Origin: Parcubacteria group bacterium
GTDB taxonomy: Bacteria; Patescibacteriota; Minisyncoccia; 2-02-FULL-40-12
NCBI GenBank assembly: GCA_016186395.1
Contig: JACPLU010000007.1
Span: 1 to 49,925, forward strand
Direction of reading: 5' to 3'
DNA: 49,925 nucleotides
Translations under genes and position numbers: made by a program
Shown: positions 22,627-31,958 of the stretch, in pieces
Layout of the letters: the number at the start of each line of letters is the position of its first letter
Numbering within the stretch: the stretch's first letter is position 1
Notes under the pieces: model-generated
The model's input: only the letters and a program-made list of their open reading frames with translations
Databases searched by the model: none
Told to the model about the DNA's origin: nothing

Positions 22627-23874
22627 TTAGGGTAACCTCGGGAATCCATAACCGCTACCATTATCTTCACCAACTCCAACATCATCAGTAATTCCACCAG
22701 CATCAGGCGTTACTTTTTCTATTACATCAAATACAAGACTTTTAAGATACGCCCGCGTAAGTGTAGCCGCAGTTGATGTTGAACCGGCTAACGGAGTTTG
22801 CCACAACTTAGCAGCAAGACCAGTTATATGAGGCGTAGCCATTGAGGTGCCGGATAAAACCATATAACCTCCGTTTTTCCAGGTTGATTCCACATTAACA
22901 CCAGGCGCAGCAAATTCCATATCTTTTTCTTCTATAATTTCGGCTGTAGTAGTGGAGTTAATGCCACGAGAACTCCAATCAGAAACTTTCAATAAATTAT
23001 CAACGGATCCCACTGATACAACTGATGCATTGGCTCCGGGATAATCAATACTTGAAGCATATGGCCCGTCATTACCGCCTGCCGCAACCACTAAAACACC
23101 CTTACCAACAGCATACGTGATTCCATTTCTAATAAACGAACTGTCAACGTCTGCTCCAAGACTCATGTTAACCACATTAGCTCCTTGATCCGCAGCGGTT
23201 TTTAAAGCAACCTGAATGTCGTCTGCCCAACAAGAACCGTCATTTCCACATACTTTATAGGCAAAAAGTTTTGCCTCTGGCGCGACACCATAAACTCCCA
23301 AGTGATCTGACCCGCCATCAGCCAAAATAGTACCTGAAACATGAGTGCCGTGACCATTCTTATCATCGCATTTGTCTTCTACAAAAGAAGACCGAGTGCT
23401 AAAGTCCTTACATTGAGCAATTCTACTTTTTAAATCAGGATGAGTTCTCAAAACACCCGTATCTAAAACTGCCACATTGATACCAGCTCCGCCTGAAGTT
23501 TGGGTCAAAAGTAAATTATTATAAACTGCCTCTATACCCCATGGCGTTTGATCGGTTGGAGTCAGCCGAGTTGTGGGTTTTCCAGCTACTTCCGGCTTTT
23601 TATTTACTTCCGTGGGAAGTATATGCAAAAGGTCAACTGGTTCAATCTCTAAACCAAAGATGCGGGCAAGACCAACTTGAAAATCACTTATGTCTGCCGT
23701 GAAGCCTCCTTCCTCTTCAAAGACATGCCTTGCTCCAAGCGCATTTTTCCAAAACCCGCTTGTTGATTTCACAAAATAACGCGGCCCACCGTCCTTTTCA
23801 GCCGCCCTTGAAAATTGAGTTGAAAAGATAAAAATAAGACTAAAAATTAGTATAAAAAGTATAGTTTTTTTCAT
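22627..23874 (-). CDS. secreted subtilisin-like (S8) serine protease
   Basis: Signal peptide (MKKTILFILIF...) and catalytic triad motifs DTGV, HGTHVSGT and SGTSMATPH. The ORF track extends to a TTG at 23886. Confidence 0.9.
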   Translation of the reverse strand: MKKTILFILIFSLIFIFSTQFSRAAEKDGGPRYFVKSTSGFWKNALGARHVFEEEGGFTADISDFQVGLARIFGLEIEPVDLLHILPTEVNKKPEVAGKPTTRLTPTDQTPWGIEAVYNNLLLTQTSGGAGINVAVLDTGVLRTHPDLKSRIAQCKDFSTRSSFVEDKCDDKNGHGTHVSGTILADGGSDHLGVYGVAPEAKLFAYKVCGNDGSCWADDIQVALKTAADQGANVVNMSLGADVDSSFIRNGITYAVGKGVLVVAAGGNDGPYASSIDYPGANASVVSVGSVDNLLKVSDWSSRGINSTTTAEIIEEKDMEFAAPGVNVESTWKNGGYMVLSGTSMATPHITGLAAKLWQTPLAGSTSTAATLTRAYLKSLVFDVIEKVTPDAGGITDDVGVGEDNGSGYGFPRLP

Positions 23875-23999
23875 TTTTTGAGCCAAAACTGTGCCTTTTA
23901 CAGCACTTATTTTAATCTAATTAAATTAACCTATTTATAATTCAAGCTATCAACTAAAAACGATAAAGTCAATCCTGACTATCCACACCCTGTTAACTA

Positions 24000-24680
24000 T
24001 TATTGGTCTTTATTGCTAAGTACCTGATCTAATTTTTCCTTAATAATTCCGTTAATTTCCCTTAATTTGGCATCCAATTTGATAAGCCTGATAAATTTAC
24101 TTTTCATAACTATTTTAAAGATTATAACTAAAGCCATAGCCCCTCCCAAAAATATTATAAAGTAAGTAAAGTTTTTTAAGAAAAGCCTTAAAGCTTCAAA
24201 ACTTTCACCAAAGAAATAACCAACAAAAACTGTAAGAAGGGTCCATCCTAGTGATCCGTAAAAATTGTATTTTGTAAACTGTTTTAAATTGTATTTTAAA
24301 GACCCGGCCATGATTAAAGCCGCTATCTGCAAAGAAAAGGTTAATTTAGTAATCATAATTGTTCTGCCACTATAACGATTAAAATAATCCGTGACTTTTT
24401 CTATAACATCGTGGCTTAACTTTTCCCTATGTCCCCACTTATCCAAGGACTTTGCCCCACCCCAAAAACCAACTGCATACCAAACGTAACCGTTCAAAGT
24501 ATGGCCTACTAACATTATTAAAAGAACCAACCAAAGATTAACTGCATTCAAAGAAGCCAAGAATCCACCAAAAACCATTGTATTAAGTCCCTCAATAAAA
24601 GAACCTAAAAACAAAAAAAGATACTTATACGAGATAAGCCATGGAAGATTAATCTGTAAAAAATGTAATATATTCTCCAA
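24000..24680 (-). CDS. DedA/SNARE-associated family membrane protein
   Basis: 226 aa, multi-TM, with typical DedA segments (...FIEGLNTMVFGG..., SGRTIMITKLTF...). Confidence 0.7.
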   Translation of the reverse strand: MENILHFLQINLPWLISYKYLFLFLGSFIEGLNTMVFGGFLASLNAVNLWLVLLIMLVGHTLNGYVWYAVGFWGGAKSLDKWGHREKLSHDVIEKVTDYFNRYSGRTIMITKLTFSLQIAALIMAGSLKYNLKQFTKYNFYGSLGWTLLTVFVGYFFGESFEALRLFLKNFTYFIIFLGGAMALVIIFKIVMKSKFIRLIKLDAKLREINGIIKEKLDQVLSNKDQ

Positions 24681-24705
24681 GTTAGACTCCAGAAATTAAT
24701 TTAAA

Positions 24706-25983
24706 CTAAATTGGAAGCGCTGTTTGATTTTCAAAACCATCTCTTTCATCTCCAACAAATATCTGAACTTTCCCGTATTCGCCGTCATAACCAGGTTCAA
24801 TGTTTAGCTTACCGTCTCTGACTCGCATGATAGCCTCTGTTATTTGACCTGTTGTAATTGACGCCAACTTTTCTTTTGTTGACTCAAAAAGAACCTGAAA
24901 TTCGTTACCTATATTTTTTATAAGCTTATCATATTCTTTCCACACCGCTTTTGAGGCTACGCCCAGGTCTAAAGCATCACCTATAATTTGATCCAGAGGA
25001 ACCATATTTTTGAAAGGAATTGCGTTACTGGGTTTCTCTCCTTGTGGCCTATCAGCCAATTCTTCAACTCTGGCCATCACACCTATTGTTAATGGTTTTG
25101 AGCAATGAGGACATAAAAAGTTAGTTTTCTTTGACTGGTCCGGATGAAACGACACTCCGCAGGCTCTGTGGCCGTCATAATGATATCTTCCTTCTTCAGG
25201 AAAATACTCAATAGTAGACAAAAACTTTTTAGGGTCTTTGTACCTTATCGCATCAAAAATACCTTTATAACTAAGCTCGGTATCAAAAATATTTGCCTCT
25301 CGTCCAATCCTAACTAAAGAATGAGAATCTGAATTAGAAATCAAAGCTATATTATCAAGCTGAGAAACCCGCCAATTCATAGCTGGATCCGACGATATTC
25401 CGGTTTCTATCGAATAAATATAGGGAGTTAACTCGTCAAAACACTCTTCAATGGTATCAAAACCGGATTTTGAACCAAAAATTGAAAACCAAGGAGTCCA
25501 AGCATGGGCTGGAATAAAAAGAACTTCAGGATTGACCGACAAAGCCATTTTCAAAAGTTCTTTAGAACCAACCCCTACAATAGGACGGCCGTCAGAAGCA
25601 AGATTGCCTCTTAAACCAAGAAGAATATTAAATTTTTCTACATCATCAACCGATGGAAAAAATATTAAATTGTGAATACGACGTACTTTACCTTTTTTAG
25701 AGTAGATACTAGAAACTTCCGCACTTAAAATAAAACGTACTTCTGGAACACCTTCAACAATAGCTGGAATTTGAAACTTTGGATTTAATTTATAAAGCCC
25801 GTTTTCTGCAGGAATTAACTTTGTCTTAATTTCCTTAAACCATTTTGGGTGGGTAAAATCTCCAGTTCCCAAAACCTGAATTCCTTTAATGCGTCCCCAC
25901 TTATCCAAATTCTCAAAAGTCATCTGCTTTGAAACTGCACGAGCATAAGGAGAATGAATATGAAAATCAGCAATAAAACGCAT
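24706..25983 (-). CDS. endonuclease Q (EndoQ)-like PHP-fold nuclease
   Basis: 425 aa. The N-terminus FIADFHIHSPYARAVSKQMTF...GTGDFTHPKW closely parallels archaeal EndoQ. Has an internal Zn finger (CPHCSKP) and C-terminal GYDGEYGKV. Confidence 0.8.
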   Translation of the reverse strand: MRFIADFHIHSPYARAVSKQMTFENLDKWGRIKGIQVLGTGDFTHPKWFKEIKTKLIPAENGLYKLNPKFQIPAIVEGVPEVRFILSAEVSSIYSKKGKVRRIHNLIFFPSVDDVEKFNILLGLRGNLASDGRPIVGVGSKELLKMALSVNPEVLFIPAHAWTPWFSIFGSKSGFDTIEECFDELTPYIYSIETGISSDPAMNWRVSQLDNIALISNSDSHSLVRIGREANIFDTELSYKGIFDAIRYKDPKKFLSTIEYFPEEGRYHYDGHRACGVSFHPDQSKKTNFLCPHCSKPLTIGVMARVEELADRPQGEKPSNAIPFKNMVPLDQIIGDALDLGVASKAVWKEYDKLIKNIGNEFQVLFESTKEKLASITTGQITEAIMRVRDGKLNIEPGYDGEYGKVQIFVGDERDGFENQTALPI

Positions 25984-26027
25984 AATACCAAGTATAATAA
26001 AAACCGTTTCTTTTGGAAACGGCTTGA

Positions 26028-27170
26028 CTATTCTGGAACTCTTAACACGAATAATCCACCTTTTTCATAGTCAGAATCAGAAATAAAAATATATCCGCGT
26101 TGTTCCTCCACATATACATCATTAACCCCACCAAATGGGTTACTTGTATTGCCGCTATTAGTAAAAAAATGAGCAACCTCATATGGAAAAAGTGGATTTT
26201 CAATATTTATGACGCGCAAACCGCCTGTATGCCATGCACAATAGGCCAAATTTCGCCTAATCAGAACCTTACTAAGAACAGCTTTATCATCAACTGTAGA
26301 AATTTTAAATTCTTTTACCAGTCTGGGATTATATATATCAAGCAAATCAAAAGTTAATAAATAACCGCCGATTGTTCTATCAACCACTAAAAAATATCTA
26401 TTGTCTTTCGTAAGCCAACCACTAAAAAGAAAAGCTTTAGGAACGTAAACTCTGGTTAGAAATTCTATTTTTTGAGGATCTTTAACATTAAGAATATCAA
26501 AGAACCCGCCTGATTTATAAAATACAAAACATATCTCACCTCTGGCAAAGCTTGAAGAAACACCTTCACCGTAAACACCAATTTCTTGAGGTCTTTCTGG
26601 ATCCGACAAATCCAATATTTTCATACCACCAAGACTAGAAGCGGAATCAACTCCAGATACATACATACGAGTTGCATCAGAGTCTATAAAGACACTCCGG
26701 GCAGTGGTGAAGTTTCTTTCATCAGAGAGAAAATTTCCCTCTTTGTCATAAAGGATTGATAAATCAAGTATTTGCATACCGTTAGGAAAATGGAAAAACT
26801 TTCCTTCGGTAACAACATATAAATAGGTGCGACCTGACTTTTGATCGAAATATGTTCCCATATCGCGCCACTGTGAATTCGGACCCGTAAGAAAAGCGAT
26901 CTCTTCACCACTTCCATTTTGGTTAGGTACGGTTGCTTTGATAATAGAAACTCCATTAAGAGTTCCCAAAAAAGCAAGAGAATCACCATTTATCTCAACC
27001 CCGGAGGAACTTAGATATGTAGTAAAAAATTCATCCCGAAAACGAAGAAAAAGTTCAAGCTCTTTTGACTCTTGAGTTTGTAAACTTCCAGCAGTTATCT
27101 TAGTCTGATAAAAAAAATGCATCCCAACTAACAAAAATATCAAAAAAATAAATGCCGATTTTGACTTCAT
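26028..27170 (-). CDS. secreted LVIVD-repeat beta-propeller protein
   Basis: Signal peptide from the ATG at 27170 (MKSKSAFIFLIF...; AGAGG SD). Repeated (I/L)LD(L/V)xDPxxPxE motifs. The ORF track extends to 27248. Confidence 0.6.
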   Translation of the reverse strand: MKSKSAFIFLIFLLVGMHFFYQTKITAGSLQTQESKELELFLRFRDEFFTTYLSSSGVEINGDSLAFLGTLNGVSIIKATVPNQNGSGEEIAFLTGPNSQWRDMGTYFDQKSGRTYLYVVTEGKFFHFPNGMQILDLSILYDKEGNFLSDERNFTTARSVFIDSDATRMYVSGVDSASSLGGMKILDLSDPERPQEIGVYGEGVSSSFARGEICFVFYKSGGFFDILNVKDPQKIEFLTRVYVPKAFLFSGWLTKDNRYFLVVDRTIGGYLLTFDLLDIYNPRLVKEFKISTVDDKAVLSKVLIRRNLAYCAWHTGGLRVINIENPLFPYEVAHFFTNSGNTSNPFGGVNDVYVEEQRGYIFISDSDYEKGGLFVLRVPE

Positions 27171-27258
27171 AATTAACCTCTTAAACTGTAAATGAACATT
27201 ATATAAGTTAACCCTAGTATTGTTTGTACTCAAGGTCAATCCCGTCAAAATAGGTAAA

Positions 27259-27283
27259 CAAAAAAAACCGCGAACAGCGGTTT
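27259..27283 (-). terminator. intrinsic terminator
   Basis: Minus strand reads AACCGC-TGTTC-GCGGTT followed by TTTTTTTG. Confidence 0.75.
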
Positions 27284-27307
27284 AAGTCTTTGTTAAAATC
27301 CGAAGAA

Positions 27308-27574
27308 CTAATTCAGATTAGGATCACCTCTTTCTTTCCTTAAGCTAGCGTCTGGAGGAATTATAGGAATATCACTTTCAGTGTAAAACGGCATACCGAA
27401 ATACGTTCTATTTTGTCTAAAACCTCTTTCTGACTCTTTAGCTCTATCTGCTCTCTTAATTTCATGCAAAAACATAAAGAATGTAAGAACTGCCAGTAAT
27501 AAAACGACCCCGCCTAGAAAAATTATAATGGTATAATCGGAACGAACTGTTAAAAATAAAATACCATACTCCAT
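27308..27574 (-). CDS. small single-TM membrane protein (88 aa)
   Basis: The ATG at 27574 lies 8 nt after AAGGAG. Sequence MEYGILFLTV...; the ORF track extends upstream to 27658. Confidence 0.55.
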   Translation of the reverse strand: MEYGILFLTVRSDYTIIIFLGGVVLLLAVLTFFMFLHEIKRADRAKESERGFRQNRTYFGMPFYTESDIPIIPPDASLRKERGDPNLN

Positions 27575-27789
27575 ATTTCTATCTCCTTTTAAATTTTTAA
27601 AGAATTCCTTCGTATCTGTAATAATGATAAATATAACTTTTTTGGTCAAAACCCTCACCTGATAATGAGCGTACTGATCGTGCCCAATCGGTAACTAAAT
27701 ACTAAGAATTATTAGCTTGACCTTATGTTTATGAGAGTAGAACCAAGTTATCACTGAATTACAAAAATGACAACAATTACAAAATCCCC

Positions 27790-28480
27790 CTAATCAGGAA
27801 TCTTACAAAACATCCATAGGTCATTCTTTCTAATGATAATGCCGTTGGGATGCGATGCCCATTCTCCAATTTCGCCCTCATAAACAACTTTTTGATTGTT
27901 CAAAATCAACAAATTGCCTTTTTGAACCACTACCCCTCTTGGATGAGAAAACCACGTATCAAATTCACCCTCATAAAGAACAAGCTTACCATTTAAAAGT
28001 ATTCGGTTTTCAAGTTCAATTATTACACCCTCTCTATGCCCATCCCATTCTTGCCAGGCACCGTCATAAAGAAATTTCTTACCATTAAGAAGAAGCTTGC
28101 CGTCTTTTTGTATTACGACACCTTCGGGATGCCCTCGCCAGTCGTCCCACTCTCCTTCATAAACTAAATCCCGGTTATTAATTAAAAACTTATTATTCCT
28201 TCTTATTACAAAGCCCTTTGGGTGGCCGAAACACATCGTACTCTCTCTCTCTCTTGTATACAAGGTCATTTCCGTTAATAAATACCGAGCCTTCACTTTC
28301 AATAATAACACCATCGGGATGCGTATCCCAAAAATCAACTTTTTTTTCTAATAAAAGCACAACTTCCTTATCCTTATATATTTTATAGTTTGCATAAGGA
28401 TTAACTTGCCTACTAGGTTTTTTAAGTAAAAAATTAGGGATAGTGTCTTTCGGCATATTATATTCATTATAGTTCAGCAA
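27790..28480 (-). pseudogene. six-unit ~29-30-aa repeat protein gene (W..HPxGVxI...LNG..LVYEGE) split by a frameshift in a (CT)7/(AG)7 tract
   Basis: ORFs 28193..28480 and 27790..28338 overlap in different frames and both carry the same repeat. +2 or -4 nt in the tract fuses them. Confidence 0.7.
28241..28254. repeat. dinucleotide microsatellite (CT)7 inside coding sequence
   Basis: ctctctctctctct read directly, located at the frame junction of the repeat-protein gene. Confidence 0.95.
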
Positions 28481-28665
28481 AAGTTAATATCAAAATATGT
28501 TTATTAAAATAAAATGGTACTTCAAAGCCCGACCTTGAAGATCGGGCTTTGAAGTGAAACGTCTTATCCTGCCGGCTGGATTTGAGAACGGAAAAGTTGG
28601 AACCGCCGAATTGGGACTTTTTTTCAAGGTAATCGATGGTTTTTCCGGAGGCAATTCAAATGGGG

Positions 28666-28738
28666 TCCGCCCCCTGAGAATCGAACTCAGAACCTTCTCC
28701 TTAAAAGGGAGCTGCTCTGCCAATTGAGCTAGGGGCGG
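28666..28738 (-). tRNA. tRNA-Lys (anticodon UUU)
   Basis: Cloverleaf CCGCCCC-TA-GCTC..GAGC-A-GCTCC-CTTTTAA-GGAGA-AGGTT-CTGAG-TTCGATT-CTCAG-GGGGCGG-A. CCA is not encoded. Unusual C1-G72 pair. Confidence 0.88.
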
Positions 28739-28872
28739 ATTTTAATAAAACAAAAAGGCTTATTCAGCCATTATAATAACAGAAAATGTTCATTTGTTAA
28801 AGTATCTGCAATTTTCTAAAAATTTCTATCCAAACTGGTTCAAGGCCAGAATTTTTCAATTCTCTTTAAAAT

Positions 28873-30156
28873 CTAGCTTTTGTAATGAATGTAATTAGAT
28901 ATTAAACTCATTACTTCCTTTTCTTTGGAACGAAGTTTATCTCTAAATTCACGCGTTACACATACGCGAACACATAAATATTTATCCAATTCTTTAGATA
29001 GTAGATTAAAATATTCTGGATCTTGCTTTTTTAACGAATAAATTTTTGGACCATCATAAAACCAAATATTTTGGGGTATGAACCTGTTTTTTTCGACAAT
29101 ATGACTAACAGCTACCATAGAAGTATCGACTCCTAAAATCTTAGCTATCTCAAATTCAAGATGTTCAAGGTCTTTTGGCCTGGAACGTATAAAAAACTTA
29201 TCAAAGAACAATTTATCTACCTCTTGAACTTGTATTGGCTTTCCGGCTCTCCTCTCAAGCCAACCATATCCTTTAGGACGCACTGAAAGACTTGTTTTAG
29301 GAAAATCTCTGACACCGTTTTCAAAAATAATCATACCTCTTTTTATTATAGGATTATCACAATGTCTTAGGGCAGATAATAAGTCTCCATCAGTCATATC
29401 CCAAAGTTCTGCTTCACTTATACCGCCAGATTCTTTTGAAGTATTCAGCAATTGATAAATGAGCTTTTGCATGAAACGTTGAATAATATACGCGCTTTTT
29501 TCAAGATGAACGTTGCGGTAAAAATATATATATGCTCGCTGAATCTCTATTGCGGCATCCAACGCTTTTAAATCAACCATCAACTTATTATTTTTAAATA
29601 TGAGATGATTAAAGACACTCTCAACACAACGCCTAATGTTTGGTCCAAATGCTATAGACTCTTGATCTCTAACTAAATAGTCGAGTTTCTCCATACCAAA
29701 GTTTTTATCGCTAACTATTAAATACTTTAGATCTTCGTGCCGCATATACTTTTTGATAATCCGAACATCGCCACCACAACGAACAATATCTGAAGTCATC
29801 ATATCAACCACTTTTAAACCATTATCTTTATGATTGGATTTGGTGACTGCTTCTATAACATGAGAAAACGGGCCATGGCCTATATCATGCAAAAGGGCGT
29901 ATAGACTAAGATTGATTGCGTCTTTATTTGTTAAAATACGAGCATGTACCATTCTGGCCGTAAACTCATGCGTTCGTTGATAGGCACCAATTGAATGCTG
30001 TCTACGGTCATGAGTTGCACCAGGGAAAACTAAAAAAGCGAAAGCAAGTTGTTTTTTTTCACTTAAACGACGAAAATATTTATTGTGCAAAATCGGTTCA
30101 ATTTTGCTTATATTAATTTGGCCGTCTCCTGGCCAAGGTATCCATCGATTTTTCAT
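28873..30156 (-). CDS. HD-domain phosphohydrolase (dNTP triphosphohydrolase/SAMHD1-like, COG1078-type)
   Basis: 427 aa with RRQHSIGAY...LLHDIGHGPFSH...DYLVRD metal-binding motifs. Confidence 0.75.
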   Translation of the reverse strand: MKNRWIPWPGDGQINISKIEPILHNKYFRRLSEKKQLAFAFLVFPGATHDRRQHSIGAYQRTHEFTARMVHARILTNKDAINLSLYALLHDIGHGPFSHVIEAVTKSNHKDNGLKVVDMMTSDIVRCGGDVRIIKKYMRHEDLKYLIVSDKNFGMEKLDYLVRDQESIAFGPNIRRCVESVFNHLIFKNNKLMVDLKALDAAIEIQRAYIYFYRNVHLEKSAYIIQRFMQKLIYQLLNTSKESGGISEAELWDMTDGDLLSALRHCDNPIIKRGMIIFENGVRDFPKTSLSVRPKGYGWLERRAGKPIQVQEVDKLFFDKFFIRSRPKDLEHLEFEIAKILGVDTSMVAVSHIVEKNRFIPQNIWFYDGPKIYSLKKQDPEYFNLLSKELDKYLCVRVCVTREFRDKLRSKEKEVMSLISNYIHYKS

Positions 30157-30196
30157 CTATATACAATTAACAACTAAACTCAATGAGTGCAATTGC

Positions 30197-31909
30197 CTAA
30201 GATGGTTTATCCTTATTTTTTGATAACGCCTTTTCTAAAACCTCACGCAAACTTTCAATATCGGGTTTTTTCATCTCTTCCTTTAAAGCCGCCTGGTTTA
30301 AATCTTTTTCTGGCCTGTCTTGATTTTCTTTTTTTATCCCGCCCTTAAGTTTAAGAGCGGGGTCAAGGGCGAGGTTTACTGTCTGCCCACCTTCGCTCAA
30401 GCTACGGTGGACAGGCCTTCCTTTAAAATCCACAGCTCCCTGTTTAAAAGCGGCTTCAAGACCTATTCCTGACTTCCTTTGTGGCATAACCGTCTTAGGT
30501 GCTCTATAAACATCGTTATCAAATCTTTTTTTAGGCTCGCTAGAAAAACCTTCTCGACCGCGAGAAAAATTATCCTGGCGATTTGAACGGCTTGATTCCG
30601 GCCTTCCATAACCTCTAGGCGAAGAATCTTCAATCGGTTCTGCCCAAAGATTTATTTCGGCTTCTATCTTTTCTCGTGAACCACCAAAATGTTCCCTTGA
30701 TGCTTTGACAATTGCCTCACGAAAAGAATTAACCTCACTTGACATAGGCGGTAAGGTGGCGGCCGAAAAAGCTTTTGAAGCAATGCCGTCAATCATTAAT
30801 TTAAGATAGATAGTCCATTTACCAAGATTTACAATATCCTGGATAGTAAATTCAGGAGCAAACTCTTTTTCTAGAGCTTCGGCGTCTTCAGCACCAACTC
30901 TAAAAGTAACAAGAGTTCCAACATTACCAAATACAGCATCTCTTACTTTCTCGTCCATCTGCATTATGTATTGGTGAGCCAATATAAGATTTAGTTTATA
31001 TTTCCTGGCTTCTGACAGAATCGAAGCAAACGATTCTGTTGCAAAGTTCTGGAATTCATCAACATAAAGATAAAAATCTTTTCGATCCGGTTCAAGAATA
31101 TCAACCCTGGACATCGCTGCAAGCTGTAGGCGGGTAACCATTAAAGCCCCAAGTAATCTTGAGGTATCCTCGCCGATTTTGCCTTTGGATAAATTGAGTA
31201 TGAGAATTTTACCCGAGTCCATAATTTCTCGCATGTTCAAAGCAGATTTTTCTTGACCAACGATATTTCTAATTAAGGTTGCGGAAGTAAATTGACCAAC
31301 CTTATTCTGAATAGCTGCGGTTGCTTCAGAAGCCAACCTATCTGTATATTTTGCAAACTCCTGAACCCAAAAAGCTTTAACTACCGGGTCCTGGACTTTT
31401 TCAACTACTTTTTTCCTATATTCTTTGTCCGCTAACATTCTGTTAATTCCCAAAAGAGTTGACCCAGGATATTCTAAAAGAGCCAAAATCGTATTGTTCA
31501 AAATATATTCCATTCTGGCTGACCAAACATCCACCCATATTTTTTTAAACACACCCATAACTCCTGCGGCTACCAAATGCCTATACTCCGGATTTACCTG
31601 TTCCATTATGTTAAAACCGATCGGATACGACACATCAGAAGGATCAAAATATATAACATCATTCACTCTTTCAGCAGGTATATAATCAAGCAACGAATCA
31701 GCGGTATCTCCATGAGGGTCAACAAAAGCTAAACCGTGTCCCATTTGAATATCTTGAATTGCCATATTTTTTAAAATTTCTGTTTTGCCCATTCCGGTTT
31801 TTCCTATTATATACATATGCCTTCTGCGATCATCCGGCTTAATACCAAAACGCACCCGTTTGTTACGGAAATTTGTCTCCCCAAAAAATACTATACTACT
31901 ATCGTTCAT
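30197..31909 (-). CDS. soluble VirD4/TraD/TraG-like (type IV coupling protein family) P-loop ATPase with a disordered C-terminal tail
   Basis: 570 aa with Walker A GKTGMGKT and Walker B LYVDEFQNF. No N-terminal TM segments. The last ~140 aa are low-complexity and charged. Confidence 0.7.
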   Translation of the reverse strand: MNDSSIVFFGETNFRNKRVRFGIKPDDRRRHMYIIGKTGMGKTEILKNMAIQDIQMGHGLAFVDPHGDTADSLLDYIPAERVNDVIYFDPSDVSYPIGFNIMEQVNPEYRHLVAAGVMGVFKKIWVDVWSARMEYILNNTILALLEYPGSTLLGINRMLADKEYRKKVVEKVQDPVVKAFWVQEFAKYTDRLASEATAAIQNKVGQFTSATLIRNIVGQEKSALNMREIMDSGKILILNLSKGKIGEDTSRLLGALMVTRLQLAAMSRVDILEPDRKDFYLYVDEFQNFATESFASILSEARKYKLNLILAHQYIMQMDEKVRDAVFGNVGTLVTFRVGAEDAEALEKEFAPEFTIQDIVNLGKWTIYLKLMIDGIASKAFSAATLPPMSSEVNSFREAIVKASREHFGGSREKIEAEINLWAEPIEDSSPRGYGRPESSRSNRQDNFSRGREGFSSEPKKRFDNDVYRAPKTVMPQRKSGIGLEAAFKQGAVDFKGRPVHRSLSEGGQTVNLALDPALKLKGGIKKENQDRPEKDLNQAALKEEMKKPDIESLREVLEKALSKNKDKPS

Positions 31910-31958
31910 AATTTTTTATGCCTTGAGTTTCATAATACATGATTTATGTTTCATGTTG

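Noticed and set aside
28490-28723. 77-aa minus-strand ORF
   Set aside because: It overlaps tRNA-Lys(UUU) and its downstream hairpin, so it is spurious.
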